A stretch of 64,000 nt of DNA from the human T2T-CHM13v2.0 reference genome, Homo sapiens. The position numbers and the translations under genes were made by a program. Of this stretch, positions 33,361 through 48,909 are shown in pieces (the first letter of the stretch is position 1; each line of letters begins with the position of its first letter). The stretch lies in assembly GCF_009914755.1 (NCBI RefSeq), contig NC_060930.1, one strand, 5' to 3'. The notes beneath the pieces are model-generated. The model was not told where the DNA came from and did no database searches. It saw nothing but the letters and a program-made list of their open reading frames with translations.

Positions 33361-34168
33361 ATTAGAAAACTGCTATCTAAGAGACAGTACTCAGCTAAGA
33401 AGTGAGAGTAAGCCCAGACTGAACATGTATTAAAGCAGAGCTCAGTGTCAAGAAGTAAAGGAGACAGAACTTCCCTACTCACAAAGAAACAAAGCCACCC
33501 CGCCACCCCTTATGTCTAGTTATAGGCCAATGAATGTTATTCCAAGATCTGTGATGAGATTAAGCCAGTTCTGGAAAGCAGTACTTATGAGGAATACAGT
33601 CAAACAGAACAAAATAAAACTTGATGTTTTCTGGCCCTGAGGCTCTTAAATTTGAAGTTCTTTGTTTTAAATACAGAATTTCAATCAAAAAATTAGATGT
33701 GTGCATTAAAAATGTCCAGAAAAAAATGTCTTTTAATAACCTGGATTAATGCAATCCTGAATTAATACTGCAATTTATTACCCATTCAACAGCTCATAAT
33801 CAGTTTCTCTTTTGTTTTGTTGCTGTTTTGGTGACAGAAATAAACTCATGAGATTTAAAAGAAAAAAGTACAGGATAATTAAAATCAGAAATGTTCATTT
33901 TATGAAATGCTGTCTTATTTTATCAGAGTTATGCCATTATTCTTTACTCACTTGCAAGTTAAAGAAACCTAAAACAAAGAAATGTGTGAAAATTAACAAT
34001 AAGAGAAAGAAAAGGAGATATAAAAGGATTAAAAAAAAGATTCCCAGTGAGTAACCTGAGTCACAAATTTTCTTTCCTACTATCTCTAAGGCAGCACCAA
34101 AGACTATTGTCAAAAATACATTCATTATTTCAGTAATAACTTGTATTTTATAAATTATAGGTACTTAC

Positions 34169-34240
34169 ATTGAATTTAATTATGTCATATATCAAATATC
34201 TAGGAACAGCCTGTCCATTTACTCTGTCAATAATCATCTC
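34169..34240 (-). CDS. RNGTT: mRNA capping enzyme coding exon (probably exon 10), 72 nt: [24 protein letters not shown]
   Basis: Acceptor cttttctctttcaag|GAG and donor AAT|gtaagt, phase 0-0. Supplies the Glu of motif III (DG|E) and motif IIIa (YLIYDII). Too short for the ORF track. Confidence 0.97.
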
Positions 34241-35464
34241 CTTGAAAGAGAAAAGAAGGTAAGTTTCTTCATACTTTAATAACAATTTTTTTTAATTTAA
34301 TTGAAATATGGCATACACACAGTAAGCACATAAACCATAAATATACAACTTGATGAAATTTCAAAGTGAACACACTTGTACCCAGATCATATCAATAAAC
34401 TGTTAGCCCCCCATCCCCATCATGCATTTATTCTATACTGAAATAGAATCACCTGACAATATCTCATCATATTTTTCATATTTGAATTTCCATGCTACAT
34501 TTTGCTTTATGCTTGAATTACTAAGTGACAATTAAGGGTAGGAAGACTACAAATTTTAAATTCTAAACGTCAGGATCTTTTTTAAAAATATTTTTGTTTA
34601 ATCATTAATGCTTTAAATTTTGTTATACACCAATTACTTTAATCATAAAATCTATGACAATAAATGGCATCCTCATTATAGATTTAATTCCCATGTGAGC
34701 CATGTGGCCTTTCTTGGTTTCATACCACTTTACTAGGCTTTGTTCAAAGGGAACAGGGCAAGGGAGTATGAACAGATCACTGCAAATCTACCATAGCCAT
34801 TAAAAAGTCAAAAAAAATGCAGTCTGACAGAACAAGATAAGGACATTAAAGGATGACTACAGGTATAAAATGCAGTATTACTTAAAATTTTAATTATTAA
34901 TATGTTTTTGACCTAAAATTATTTTTCTTTCCTCATATTCTTACTAGGAAACCAGATAGGTTTTCTTGCTATCTAATTTTATAACAGAAATTCCATGTAC
35001 AACCATCTAAAATTACAAAAAAAACACACTGATTTAGGAAAAATATATTTTGTTGTTGTAAGAAAGCATTACCTAAGCCTAAGTACAAGGAGTGTAGTTA
35101 TTTCTACTTGAAGAATAAGAGAAAGTTTGGTAATAAGGTACATGACCATTAGCTGCATCCTGAAAGATGCAGAGTATATTTTCCAGCAGGATAGTGGATA
35201 GGCCAAATGGTATAACAAAGGCATGAAATTGTCCAAAGCTGAGTATTTGTGATTAGCAATCACAATCAAAGATGAGACTGAAGACACAGGCACGCTTCAG
35301 ATATAAAGAATATTATATTGAACAGTTTGGCTTTTGTGCTATGAATAACAGGGAACCACTGAAGGGTTTTCAAAACCTGTGGGCCTTCAAGGCTCATCTC
35401 TGTAACTCATTCCTTGAAATCTTTCATATAAGGCTCCCTTGGTTCTAATCATCACAGTCCATAT

Positions 35465-35625
35465 AGGTGATGAAATGTTCTGGAATTAGATAGTGGTCTT
35501 GATTTTATGACCTTGTGGAAAAGACTAAAAACCACTAGATTGAACATCTTAAAATAGTGAATTTCATAGTATGTAAATTGTATCTCAATTTTTTTTAAAA
35601 AAAGAACTAAATTAAAAAAAAAAAA
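35465..35625 (+). mobile_element. L1MB-type extreme 3' end
   Basis: ggtgatgaaatgttctggaattagatagtgg...tgtaaattgtatctcaat followed by an A-rich tail. Confidence 0.7.
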
Positions 35626-37639
35626 AAATCCTAAAAGCAGTTCTTCAGATTGAAGAGGAATAACAGAACCCCAGATACATAACATATATTAAATGTCAGC
35701 TATATACATATTGGTTATACATGTTATATAATTATTAGCACAACAAAGTTACTAAAAGGATATTTCCTTTTAACATCAAAATATAAAATGTCATCTCTTG
35801 ATTGTTTATTTTTTCTAAGTTTACAGACTTTCTAAAATTTCAACAATAAGCATGTAGTGTTTTATAAAAAATTAATAGTTGAAAAAGACATGGAATTTTT
35901 CCAAAATTCTTGCCATTAACTTTAATGATTAACTGCTATATTCTTATCTTAGTCTCAATATTAAGTTGATTAAATTTCACTGATGTGTTTCAAGTGAATT
36001 AATGCAGTATTTCTAAATTCCTATTTTCCACATTTTATAGGTCAAAGAACATAGTTAAGCAAAGCAAAACAAAAGCTTCAATGCTCACATCTGACAGTCA
36101 GACAATTAGGTGGTTTGAATTATTCTTGGATTTGGAATTTTACAAAAACAATTTGCACATGAAAATGTAGAAGAAACAGGAAACTACAGGACTGTTTTAA
36201 TTAACAAAAAAAAACAGATATGGCAACTATAATTCTAGCCCAAGTAAATTGACATCATGAATCATACTGCTATTTTTAAAACTTCACAAGAATCTATTAT
36301 GCCGCTCTCAGTTATCCAAGTTTGAGGTGAAATAAATAGTATTGCTAAGTTAAATCTGTAGATGGTTAAATATCTAATTTTTAAGCATTATTTCCTACCT
36401 AGAATGCCCTCAGCCCACGTCCATCAAAAATCTTTCTATAGAAATCTTTCTGTTTCTAATGCCAACTCCTACACAAAACATATTTAGTTCCTAACTAACT
36501 AGATGTGATTTATTTCTCCTCTAAACTACCTCAGGACTTAAATACCTCTCTTTGGGTTATTGTTTTATTCAAAGGTCTCTTCCATCATTACCATTCATTC
36601 TCCACCCTGCTCAATTAAGCAAAATGTTTCAAGGGTGAGGCCTTCTCCTCAACCCTCTAAGCAATACCCGTACTCTTGGTATAGCAACTCATAATAGGCA
36701 CTCAACAAACATTAGTTCAATTATAAACTATACTAAACTTTGACAAATGCTATTACTTAAGTCTTTTCCTTTCTTATATTTTATTAATTATAATGCTAAA
36801 AAAAGTACCTTAAATAAAGATAACAAAAACTAAAATGTTCCTGCTGTTCCCATGAACCAACTACCAGAGCTGCCACAAATGACTATGACTTTTATGTACT
36901 ATACAACCCCAAGGGTACCAGTCACATTAACTATGATAGTTAAATCTATACACATATAGATACATATACATGTACATATGTATATATATATCATTTTTAT
37001 TAGAAAGTGGTATTTTGTTACTCATGCTGTCACAGGAATGAAAATTTACTAGATACAGGAAAAAATACAAAAATCAAAATGTCCAACAAAAGGGAACTGG
37101 TTAAATAAATTACAGAACTATTTCTCAAACTTGCCTAATTACAATCACTTGGTCACTTGTACGGACATGTAGGCCCCTGGGAGATTCCAATTCATATGGT
37201 CTAGGATATGCTATTGGAAAGGGTCATATTTTAAACAAGCAATTTTTTAACCCTACAATTTTCACAGTCAAGATAGTTTGGAAACCCCAATTTATGGTCT
37301 CTATATACACAATGGTAAACCATTCAGACATTTATGTGAAAAAGATGTCCAAAACACATTGCTAAGTGTGGGGAAAAAGACAAGTTACTAACCACATGTA
37401 ACATATGTTTCTCTTCATGCAAAATTATATAACTATCCATATGTATACATATTTGACCAGAGCACTCATTTAACACCCTTTACATATCTTTAACAAATTT
37501 CTCCACCAAAGAAAATATCTCAAAGTCTTACTTATGCTCAAAGATTCAGTTGGCAGATCTCTCTTTAAGAGGACCTTAATTCAATATAAGTATACATAAG
37601 AAATAAATGAAATTTAACATCCTAATAAAAGTTAGATTT

Positions 37640-37944
<305 letters not shown>

Positions 37945-38042
37945 TCATTCGAAATTTCTTAACCAACAGAAATACACATTTACTTACAAGGAAAAGAAAA
38001 ATGGCAATGTTTAATTTTATAGTATACATAAATATGACTTAC

Positions 38043-38178
38043 GCCATCCAAGAGAGTATTTGATAAATGCATACGAAGATCTTTACGAAATGGAAATTCC
38101 AGATTTGAAACATGAAATACTGAATTGTCTCTATCAATCATAAAAACTTCATTTGTGCCATCAATCAACATCATGTAC
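38043..38178 (-). CDS. RNGTT: mRNA capping enzyme coding exon (probably exon 9), 136 nt: (R)[45 protein letters not shown]
   Basis: Acceptor tttacag|G (AG at 38180-38179) and donor GGC|gtaagt (GT at 38042-38041). The peptide follows motif I (KADGTR) and ends in motif III LLDG. Overlaps ORF 37980..38174. Confidence 0.97.
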
Positions 38179-38313
38179 CTGTAAATGAAACATTAAAAAG
38201 CTAATATTTACAGTATAATATCAAGAACAGGGTCATGAGAAATAACATACTGGTTTTCCATAGACCTTAAACATCTGTAGACTAATGTTCACTGGAGTCT
38301 CTTTATCATGTAG

Positions 38314-38643
<330 letters not shown>

Positions 38644-41600
38644 CACAAATAATAATTTTTTTAACTTTTTTCATTTCCTATAGAAAACACAGAGTATAGG
38701 GAATTCTAAGTTTTTTATGGAGATAATGTGATATTCAGGAGTAACCTTATGAATCCATCCTAACAGAGAATGGTTCTCTAATTTTTATGAGATCTTAAAC
38801 ATTGAAGCCTTTCAAAGTTTACAAAATACACATATACACATATATAAATGTACTTTACTAGCTCAATAACTATATGGATTAGGTATTCTCTCCACTTCAA
38901 AATAGAAAAAAGCAGTGAAAAACATTAAGTGATTTGCCATTTGCCAGACTTTAAATTATCCAGTGCTCTTTCTACCATACCTGTTAGCAAAACAGCTAAT
39001 CCCTCTCTTTGAATCAATATCATGATATAGCCAGGTACCACAATATCAGGTATAACTTTTCTTCTCATTTATGACTATAAAATTAAAATATTTTTAAACA
39101 CAGCCATAAGATTTTCAATTATCTCTTATCTTCTTAAACTCAATCAACATATGGGGGAATTCATACACTTAACAACCTGTCATTCTTCAAATGGTTAGGT
39201 TATCATCACTGATTTCCCATCAGCAAATCAAGAATGGAGTTCTATTTCACACCACATATAAAGTCCAGATGGACTGATGTTGAAGACATTACAGTCTGGG
39301 AAGCTATGCTACCAAATGGATAATAAGAAGACTTGGGGTGAAAATGAAGATCAAATCCAAGAACCAAAGTCTTCAAAGAATGAGAAAAAATTTATAGCAA
39401 AAAAGATTAGAAAGTTAAAAGGCATAAGCCTCAAAGAAACAGAATCATTTTGTTAGGCTGTTTTTGTTTGGTGTTTGGTGTTAAATGAAAGAATGGAAGA
39501 AGAGTGGTCTGGAGGTACCAACGAAAATGAAAGAGAACACTGACCAGACTGCCCAACCTCCTACCCGCAAAGTACCTGAGGTATGTCCAAAAAAAAGGCA
39601 GCAACGACTGAAAGATGCAGCTGAATCAAGTTAAGATTAGGGGACAGAAGAAATATTACATGAAGACATGCAAGCTAACAGAGTATATGGAAGCTAATAT
39701 AATAGTGGATAACTGGCTAACCACAAACCAATGTTCTGAAGAGCAAAGTACACATGTTTAGGATAGGTGAGGAGAAATAGGAGAGCTGATGAAGGGAAAA
39801 CAAGTGTACAAACAAAATGGAAAAGAGCAGCATGGAAGACCAAAGGGGCTTATGTTTTTGGATTAGATTGTGAAGTATGTTGTTCTTTGCTGTTTCCAAA
39901 ATAATCAGTTCCAAAAAAAAAAAAAGTGAAAAAAGAAAAAGGAAAGGAAAAAAGGCAACATAATAGAAAAAAATTTTTTTAAAGTTTTAATAATAATGAT
40001 AATTAGTTCCAGCAGGTGTCTGGGGAGCAGATGGAGAGCTCAGGCCCTTGCTATAATAGCTGCAGCCCTAGTAGATGGGGAGTGTGGGGACTCAGGTTTC
40101 ACTAGGAAAAATAAATTCAGCCTCAGTCTGGACTGACTGTGTATCTGAAAGACTCCTAGACCAAATGCCAGGCCAGCTGGCACACAGACAACAGGAATAC
40201 TTAGTTCGCAAGACCCTCTGGCACATGCTTTTCAAAAGCAGCAATTCCTGGTGGATAGAGAGAATCTAAGCTACTTGGAAGAAGTAAGCTTTGCCTTGGA
40301 TTATGTTTCAAAAGGAATTTAAATCAACAAAAGGGAAGATCAAATAAAAAGCAATGATGACATCATCTGCAAAAATGGCATGGAAGACACACAACCCATC
40401 ATGTTGTTAAGGACTTAGGCTGGCATTTTGCAAAGCTGATATTCACCAAAAGGGTATTTCAAGGCAAATAAGTTAGGAAACCACTGTATCTTTCTCTTAG
40501 AACGTCAAGATATATATTAGGATATTTAAAGTTATGATAAAATATATAAATAAATCTGTTCATCTTATTTAGTCCATTGTTTCCTAAACTTAATCCTGAT
40601 ATCTGTTAAAATTTGACAGAATTGGTATTCTATACTTACAATTTGAGAAAAGCTGACTTAAGCTAATAAATGTTAGAATTCAGAAAAAAGAAATGGTTTA
40701 CTCTTATGATCATGTAATAATGATAACTGAAATTATATTTCCCCTTTCACTGACTGCCCAGAAGTTGAGAATTTTAAATTTAATGTTTAAACACAATAGG
40801 TATTATCCCAGGGTGAAGATGTATTTATTTTACACACACACACACACACACATCTTAGTATCAGACCTTTTCTTTTAAATCAAGTAGAGTATCAATCAAA
40901 AGAAAATATTTTCTATGCACACATGTGTATAAACAGATTTAAAAGACTAAGGAAGAAAAAGCTTTAGAGGACGGGATTTACAAAAGGATAGCTTCTGCAT
41001 CTGCAGAAACACCAGAGAAATTATTTAGCACTTGGTATTTAGGGATTCTTCTGCACACATAAATTTTCAGGCTTTGGAACACAAGTTCCTGAGCTATGAT
41101 TTTTAGTTTGAACTCCAGTCATTCCAAATCATATGTTCTTTTGTTATGCGATACTAACAAAAAGTAAGGAGCTATTTCATGTAAGGAATGTGGAAATATT
41201 TCCACATCACTCCAAAGTCCCTGAAAGCAGCCAGATTCTTTAAAAAGAAGCAACTACCTCACAAACTGTCAGATACTGCCTTAGTATATAACTATGATGC
41301 AATATAATTTCTTATTAATTAGGAAATTATCTCAACTGCAAATTTAATATTCAGAATTATCAATAGGTATTTGTATTATATTCATTCATTCCCATTAAAA
41401 GGCAAAATTTAATTCAGTATACGTTTCCCAGATAGAAAATGCTAAAGTATATAAACCAAAGGTATATGGATTACAGAAAAGCCAGATGTATAGACTACTT
41501 TACTGTAAATGCAGGTTTTCTACCAAAACTGGAAATAATCTTTCAGAGCAGTTGCTGAGATGTGAGATATATAATTAAGTAAAACAACCAAATATACATT

Positions 41601-42919
41601 AATAAAATTAGGAAGTACATAATTAAAGAGAAGGAAAACTGACAGAAAACAATGGTAACTAATACCACCTTAGAGTCCTAATTCACATTCCTCCCAGTAG
41701 TCTGAGAGTAAAATGGTCGTTAAACTCCTGGTAATTTAAAGTTATCACCAATTTAGACCCAACTCTGATCATCAATTCAGGAATTTATCTTATACTCTAT
41801 GAAGGCAGAAATCCTATCTATTTTGTTCCTTCTCACAGCTTAAGTATCTTGCACAGTCTACCTGAATACACACTAAAGGAAGGCACTCAATATTTGTTAA
41901 GCAAAGCTGTATGTACAACAAAGTTCATCATAATATTTTATAACAGTGAAAGGATAAAAACTCAAATGTCCATCATTCAGCAAATAGGTAAAATAAATAT
42001 TGCATATTCATGTAAAAGCATACTAGTCAAGCATTTTTTAAACAATGATAAAAATATTCATTAATATGGAAAGAGATTTACAATATATTTAGTGGGAAAA
42101 AAGCAAGTTTAAAACCAGAATACATTAAATAATTACAGAGGAAAGGAGGAGGACAAAACTGTATGTATATCGTAAATATAGAGTAAAGCCTATACCAAAA
42201 TAGTAAGAGCTGCCCCATCTCTATGTATTAGAATTATCAATGATATTTGCTTTCCTCATTAAGCTTTTCTGTACTTTCAAAATTTTTAGAAATAAACACA
42301 AATTGCTTTTAGACACAGGGGGCAAAATTAAAGCTTTACAAGGGGGAAAAAAGCCACCAAGCCAGAAATGTAGTCTATAATCAGACCCAGAGAAACATTT
42401 TCCCTTTGCAAAGTGGCAATGAATTAAGACAGGATTCTAACCCTTGTTCTTTGTACCACAGTGGCTTCAAAACAACAGATATTCCTCTTCTTCTGTCATA
42501 CAGCCTCCATACTAGAGCATTTTGATGGGCAATAAAAACAGAAAAGCTGATCATTTACATTGATTTATTTCACCACCATCTCTATCTCTATCCATTTTTC
42601 CTAGCCCCTATCAAACTTATTATGGCTTTTCTCTTAAATTTTTTAATCAATTATTTTTTAAAATATAAGTTAAAGGGCCGACCTGGAGCCAGTCTAGATG
42701 CTAGGCAGTACTAGATGCTAGGGTTATAACAGCAAATGGCACAGACTCTCTTCTCAACTTCACATCATTTACACTCTTAAAAAGAAAACAAGATATTAAA
42801 TAATTCCAACCATAATACATATTAGAACAGTGAAGAAGAAGCTATTACAGGAGCCTACAAAGGTAGAGCCTGTCAGAGTTTGGAGATCATGGAAGGCATT
42901 CCAGAGGAATTCATGCATA

Positions 42920-43135
42920 GCTGATAATAACAACAGGTTACACTTACTGAGCAATTACTATGTTCTGAAGAAAAGAGCACTTTTATTAACTCATTTATTA
43001 ACTCATTTAATCCTTACAACAACCTCACCAGGTCAGTAAAATTATTATCCCCATTTTCCAGATGAGGAAACTGAGACATTGCCCAATGTCATAACGCTGA
43101 CACAACGGCAACGCTGATATTAAAATTTAGACAAT
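42920..43135 (-). mobile_element. MIR SINE (within L2-like debris)
   Basis: Core ctcatttaatccttacaacaacc...attatccccattttccagatgaggaaactgag. Confidence 0.8.
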
Positions 43136-43405
43136 AGTTTGTTTGTACACCCTCTACAGTATACTAACCCTCACATTCAATATGTAGGAGTCAACCCAGC
43201 ACAGGTTGTAATGTGAGAGAAGAAGAGAAATGAGGGATGGGAGGGTTGGAGTACACAGACTAGTAGGTGCAATGTCCTTCAGACAAGATAGAATGCAGCA
43301 ATGTTCTGGTAACTAAAAAAGGTTCAGAATACTCAAGTGTAAAGAGAAAGCAGGAAAATGGTATGAAATGAGACTAAAGAAGTAACAGACAAATAGGAAT
43401 TATGA

Positions 43406-43570
<165 letters not shown>

Positions 43571-45106
43571 TGAAAATCTGTTTAATCCCCCCACCCCCAG
43601 CTACTAGTTATTTTAACTTTTTTTTTTAACTTTATCTTAGAAAACAAAAAACTACTTGTATGAGACAAACAGAAACCATAATGCAGAATTCAAACCCAGG
43701 AGATATATATAATACAGCACATTGGTTACAAAGATACTGGAAAGCTGAGAACATAGAACAGGAAGGCTGAAATAACTCAGAGATTAATAGTTGCAGGAAG
43801 CACTATGACCCGCAGGACTAGGGGAACAAAATGAAAGAGGTCTGTTATTGAAAAGCTAGGAGCTTGGAAGAAAAGCATTATAGGGCTATGCCTGGAAGAA
43901 GGTGAAAGAGGTCCATGTGGCAGAATGCTCTAACCTCTAAGGAGGTGGTCACAAATGGCCCTGTAGCTTAAGTTTGAATCCCTATGAACAGGTGTCCAAT
44001 AGAGGATGGTCAAACCACTAAGGGAATAAAGTCCAGCAGGTTAGGAAGTGATACAAGTGGCACTCTATCTACCTAGGATGCCTTGCCCAGAAGCTGGTAT
44101 CTCTGAGAGGAAACAGCAAGACTGGTGCAGAGAGTGACAAAAGAAGTTGGAGAATGGAGTAATAGTTGTCCTTTGCTTTTGGAGGTGTCCTTACAGAAAC
44201 TGGGAATAAGAGTAGTCCCTTCTCTCACCTTCCAAATTCCTGCCTGTGCTCCCAGTGGTAAAACTTAACACGAAGTAAGCTGGCAAGGGAGTCTGGGAAA
44301 TGTAGGTTGCAAAGTCCCAGCCCCTAACACAGAATAAAAGGGTGGACTCGAACTGAGAGATGGGAGGTAAATAAATGCAGACCACTAAAATGTTTTAAGC
44401 AAACTAATGACATAATCTCACCTGCATTTTTAAAAGTTCATCACCACATAATGTATACCCCAACAGAATAGGGGTCAATCTGTAGACAAGAGAAATTATA
44501 AGGCCTCTGTAATAGACCATGTGAGAAATCACAGTGACTACGACAGTAGTAACAATAATTTTAGAGATAAATAGATAAACTCAAGATATTCAAGTTGCAG
44601 ACTGACAGTAATTCAATATGCTATTTACTGGATATGTGACTGAGAAAATGAGAGAAGTTCCAAGTTCTGGCTTCAGGAACTGGGCATATTTACTGAGCCA
44701 TGGGGCATTTAAGAAGGAAGCAGTAATTGTCCCATTTTGTTTGGAAGAAACGATGGACACCATGAGTTTAGATGGAAACCAAAGGCCCAGATTTTCCCTA
44801 CCCCTAGCAGGCTGGAAATAGGCTCAGGATCTAGACCAGACTATCCATGTTCCTTTCCCAAAACTTTTAACTTGAGTGACAGAGAGGCACAAGAATAGTT
44901 GCAGAATTATTTATAGCAACAGCAAAGACATTGTCAGCAAGTGCTAATGGTGGCTTCCTAATCAAAGTGTTCCTGTGCCCTGACCTTGGCTCTGGTCCTT
45001 GCTGCTGGCTTCCCTTGATTCCTATCCATTTTCCAAAAGTGGTTCTCCTTATTTATTCCGTTGCATAAATTAGCCAAAGTTGATTTCTATTGCTTACAGT
45101 CAAGAA

Positions 45107-45252
45107 GGCTAAGCATAGTGATACACGTCTGTAATCCTAGCACTCTGGGAGGCCAAAGCGGAGAATCACTTGAGGCCAGGAGTTCAAGACTAGCCTGGCC
45201 AAGATAGTGAGACCACATCTCTATTTTTTTTTTAACTTAAAAAAAAAAAAAA
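45107..45252 (+). mobile_element. FLAM_C-like Alu monomer
   Basis: Single left arm. Confidence 0.8.
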
Positions 45253-46483
45253 CATGTTAATGGGTTTTTTGTTGTTGTTGTTTTTGCCTCAATATATACA
45301 GCTAAATGTAAGGAGGTTTAATGTGCCTATGATGAAATCCCACTGTAATGTCCCTAACATATCCTTAATACCAAGGGTTACATAATACTAGCCCTTTACC
45401 TGGTAACTTCATGCCAAGAGACACACCATCTATTTACCATCCTTCAACATAGACAAGTGTATAATGCTAATTCTAGAGTTTACTTTCTCTGTACATCTTT
45501 TCTCTCATAAGAATTCACTACCAAACCTCTGCTATTTCTATACAAGCTACCTTTCTTCTCATTTTTATTCCCAATAGAATTGGCACAGAAGTCCCTGAAA
45601 GCTAATTCTCAATGTTGTATTAGTATACAGAAATAAATTCAAGTATACTAAAATTTCTTATAAAGAAAATTCAGACCACTTTCCCAGACAGAATATATAA
45701 ACCTTCCTCACATAGGAGCAGTTGGTCACACCATGCCCCCTACTCACCAACACCTGTCATGTGTTCAAAAAACAATACAAGAACAGCTGACTTGCCAAAC
45801 TCCAACTTTCTTCCTTCCCCATGGGGCTCATGCACACTTTGCCTGTTTCTCTCATTACCTCACTGCTCAGTAAATTCTGCCTCTGATAACCTCTTTTGCA
45901 AGATATACCCATGTCTTCTTTAACCCATTTTTTCCTGTTTCTTTCAACTCTTTTTTTTAAATAAGAAATCTTAAGTATATTTTACAACTTTTTAAAAAGA
46001 AAAAACGTATTTCTCCTTCTCACCTCCTTTAACTTAGTTCCATTCATGAACCAACGAAAACTCTGATCAAAGCTAGTGACACTTCTGTATAAAGCAAAAT
46101 TTAAAGTAATAAGTTGTTTAATCCATCTAGACAATAAAGAATCAGTGTCAAAACCCCTTTCACAACCTCCTTATATAATAGTCTCTATCTCCTTATCTTA
46201 TAAAATCCAGTTTTCCCCAAAGTTTTTAAATTATTCAAAATAGTTTTCATAAACTTCTTATGTTACAATGGCAGTTTGCTTAATTACCAGTGTTGAAACA
46301 GTACATTTTGTCATTTTTCATAGTATATATACATAATAAGTAATTTAGCTACCTTAGGAATAAGCTTTAGAGGCTAGTTTAGGCACCTAATTATGATTTA
46401 TACTATAATTCCATAGAAATACAATCTAAACTTAATGAATCTCAGAAAAAGACCAGATAATTTAAACATCATTTGTTTGCATC

Positions 46484-47100
46484 TGTGATATTGTGAAATA
46501 TACATATATTTGTTCTTCAACCGTTTCCTGGCATACAAATCCTAAAATCCTCAGAAACACCAAAATGATGCTTTCTTGTATATTAATGAGTTGACTGATG
46601 GTTGGCAGCTCTAGGTAGCTTCGGGATGGGGACTAGGAAAGAACATGGCAAGATTAGAGTGTTGGGACTTTCAACACCACCCCACATCTTCTAGGAAGGA
46701 GAACGGGCTGAAGATTAAGTTGATCACCAATGGTCAATGGTTTACTCCCTCACGCCTACATAATGAAGCCTCCACAAAAGACCAAGGACAGGGTTTGGGG
46801 AGCTTCCAGACAGCAGAACACGTGGACGTTACTGGAGGGTGGCACATCCAGGGTGGACGTGAAAGCTCTGCACTCTTTTCCCCATGCTTCATCCTATGCA
46901 TCTCTTCATCTGTATTCCTTGTAATATCCTTTAAAATAAACCAGTAAACGTAAGTTTCCCTGAATTCTGTGAGTTGCTTTAGCAAATTAATTGAATCCAA
47001 AGAGGGGGTTGTGAGAACTCCAAATTGAAGCTAGCTGGTCAGAAGTTCTGGAGGCTAAGACTTGCAACTGTGTCTGAAGAGGGGGCAGTCTTGAGGACTT
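46484..47100 (+). mobile_element. MER21-like solo LTR (3' truncated)
   Basis: Starts tgtgatattgtg; contains tgatcaccaatggtcaatg...taatgaagcctcca...aataaaccagtaaacgtaagtttccctgaattctgtgag. Confidence 0.8.
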
Positions 47101-48909
47101 TACCTTATGTCATCTTCCCAGAAATTCAATGGACTCATATTAAGATCCTCAGTTTCACATTAACAAATTTAAAAGAACACACACACACAGTAACACTGTC
47201 TAACCATTTTTTGACTTTTTACTGCTGCTAACAGTCAGTGAAATGACAACATAGCTCTAACATAATCTCTTTACCAAAAACTATCAAAATTTTCATTCGG
47301 CAATATAAGAGATTCTAACCCTACAGTTATTTTTGTTTTGACTTATTGATTCTGTAAGTACAGCAGGCCTCTTCAAAGAATGAGCTCTTCTTTCACACTC
47401 GTACCACATCAACTTAAAGTCATGAAACAGATGTGACTGATTATGGCTTTATGGTCTTAAATTCACTTTAAGCCCACAGCTCCCTTCTATTATGTGATCA
47501 CTTACATGAACACAACAGTAATTAAGCAGACAACATGTATTATTTAATTTTAAATTGCAAAGCCTATTCACTTCTTCACCAATTTAATTGTCAAATTAAT
47601 CTAACTAGTCTTTGATCTTAGAATGTTAATTGTATATTAAACGGCAGGCCAGCAGCATGCCACTGAAGATTTGGACAATTTGCCAACATTTAAATGTCTT
47701 CTACATAAGCATAGCCATCTTTAGTTTATATGTGGCTTCTACCACAAATTTTTTACTATGTCCTGTTTATCTAAACAGTTTAATCTTAATGAACAGTACT
47801 GGGTAAATTATGTCTATAGAAAAGTCGACAGTCAAAAGACTGTAACTTTCATTTTAATTTTAGTTAATTCATCACAAGTAAATTTTGAAGACGTAGAGAT
47901 ACCTACCATAAAGAATCAAAAAATCTCAAGCCTTATCAAAGTACCGTGTGTGCTTATTTCTATTAACAGATTATTAATCGTCTTCAAAGTCTGTTTCAAG
48001 AAAGTCCCTTCAACCATCAAGATTTAGAGTCTTGTGTAAATCTGTCAATTTAAAAAGCAACACTATGACAGAGTTTGGCAGGGCATGGGGCCCAGTGTCA
48101 GTTTCTAGATTCCTCTCTCTTATTCCACAAAATTAATGACATATTAAATACCAAGTGTAAGGAAGGAGCAAATTTTTTCCAAACTACTCAACAATTTTAA
48201 AAAATTAATTTGCAAACTGTCAATGGTATGACTGCTATAATTATGGGCTCTGATGAAAAATCCAAGTTCCAGAGCCTGTAATTCCAGACTCAATAGTGCT
48301 TGCTATCTAGATCCCTAAAAATCAAGCAGGCAGACTGGAACCAAAAATCTCATCCAATATTATGAAGGTCCAACTCCTAACTATATGCTTTAACTTCACA
48401 GTTGCAACTTGCTTATTCTCCTCTCATTTTGCCATCCTCCACTGCTCAGGAATTTGTATATGTCTGTTTCTAAGCCCATGTAGCTATACTACTACACCAG
48501 CCTGTCTCAAAATACATATCTTCAAATTCCTATTCAAAACTCCCATGAAATCTCCCATACTCCAATTAACAGGTCCTAGTCAAAGCACTCTATCACTCCA
48601 ATTTGTCCAGGAATTATATAGCTACTACATATAATAAATGATCACATCATGGTGAAAGAGAAGCATACAGGGAGCAAGTAGGAGTGTTAAAATCCAGCTT
48701 AAGGAGTTTCAACTTCATTTTGTAATTGGGTTGAAGTATAGTTGAAATGCAACAAACACTAATAAATAAAATGAACTGTTCATTTGCCAACATTAGCATT
48801 AAAAGTATTTGTACTACATACCATTAATTACATGTTAACATATAGCAAAGAGGGGTGAAGATATCTGTAGGCAAAAGAGAAGGTACCAGCATAGAAAATT
48901 ATATGGCAC

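Noticed and set aside
37980-38174. 64-aa ORF as a standalone gene
   Set aside because: It is the RNGTT exon read from an internal Met and running into the intron past the GT donor at 38042.
43660-45105. Possible ancient ERVL/MaLR LTR fragments (MLT1-late / LTR16-like)
   Set aside because: Only short motif resemblance; family and boundaries cannot be supported by eye.
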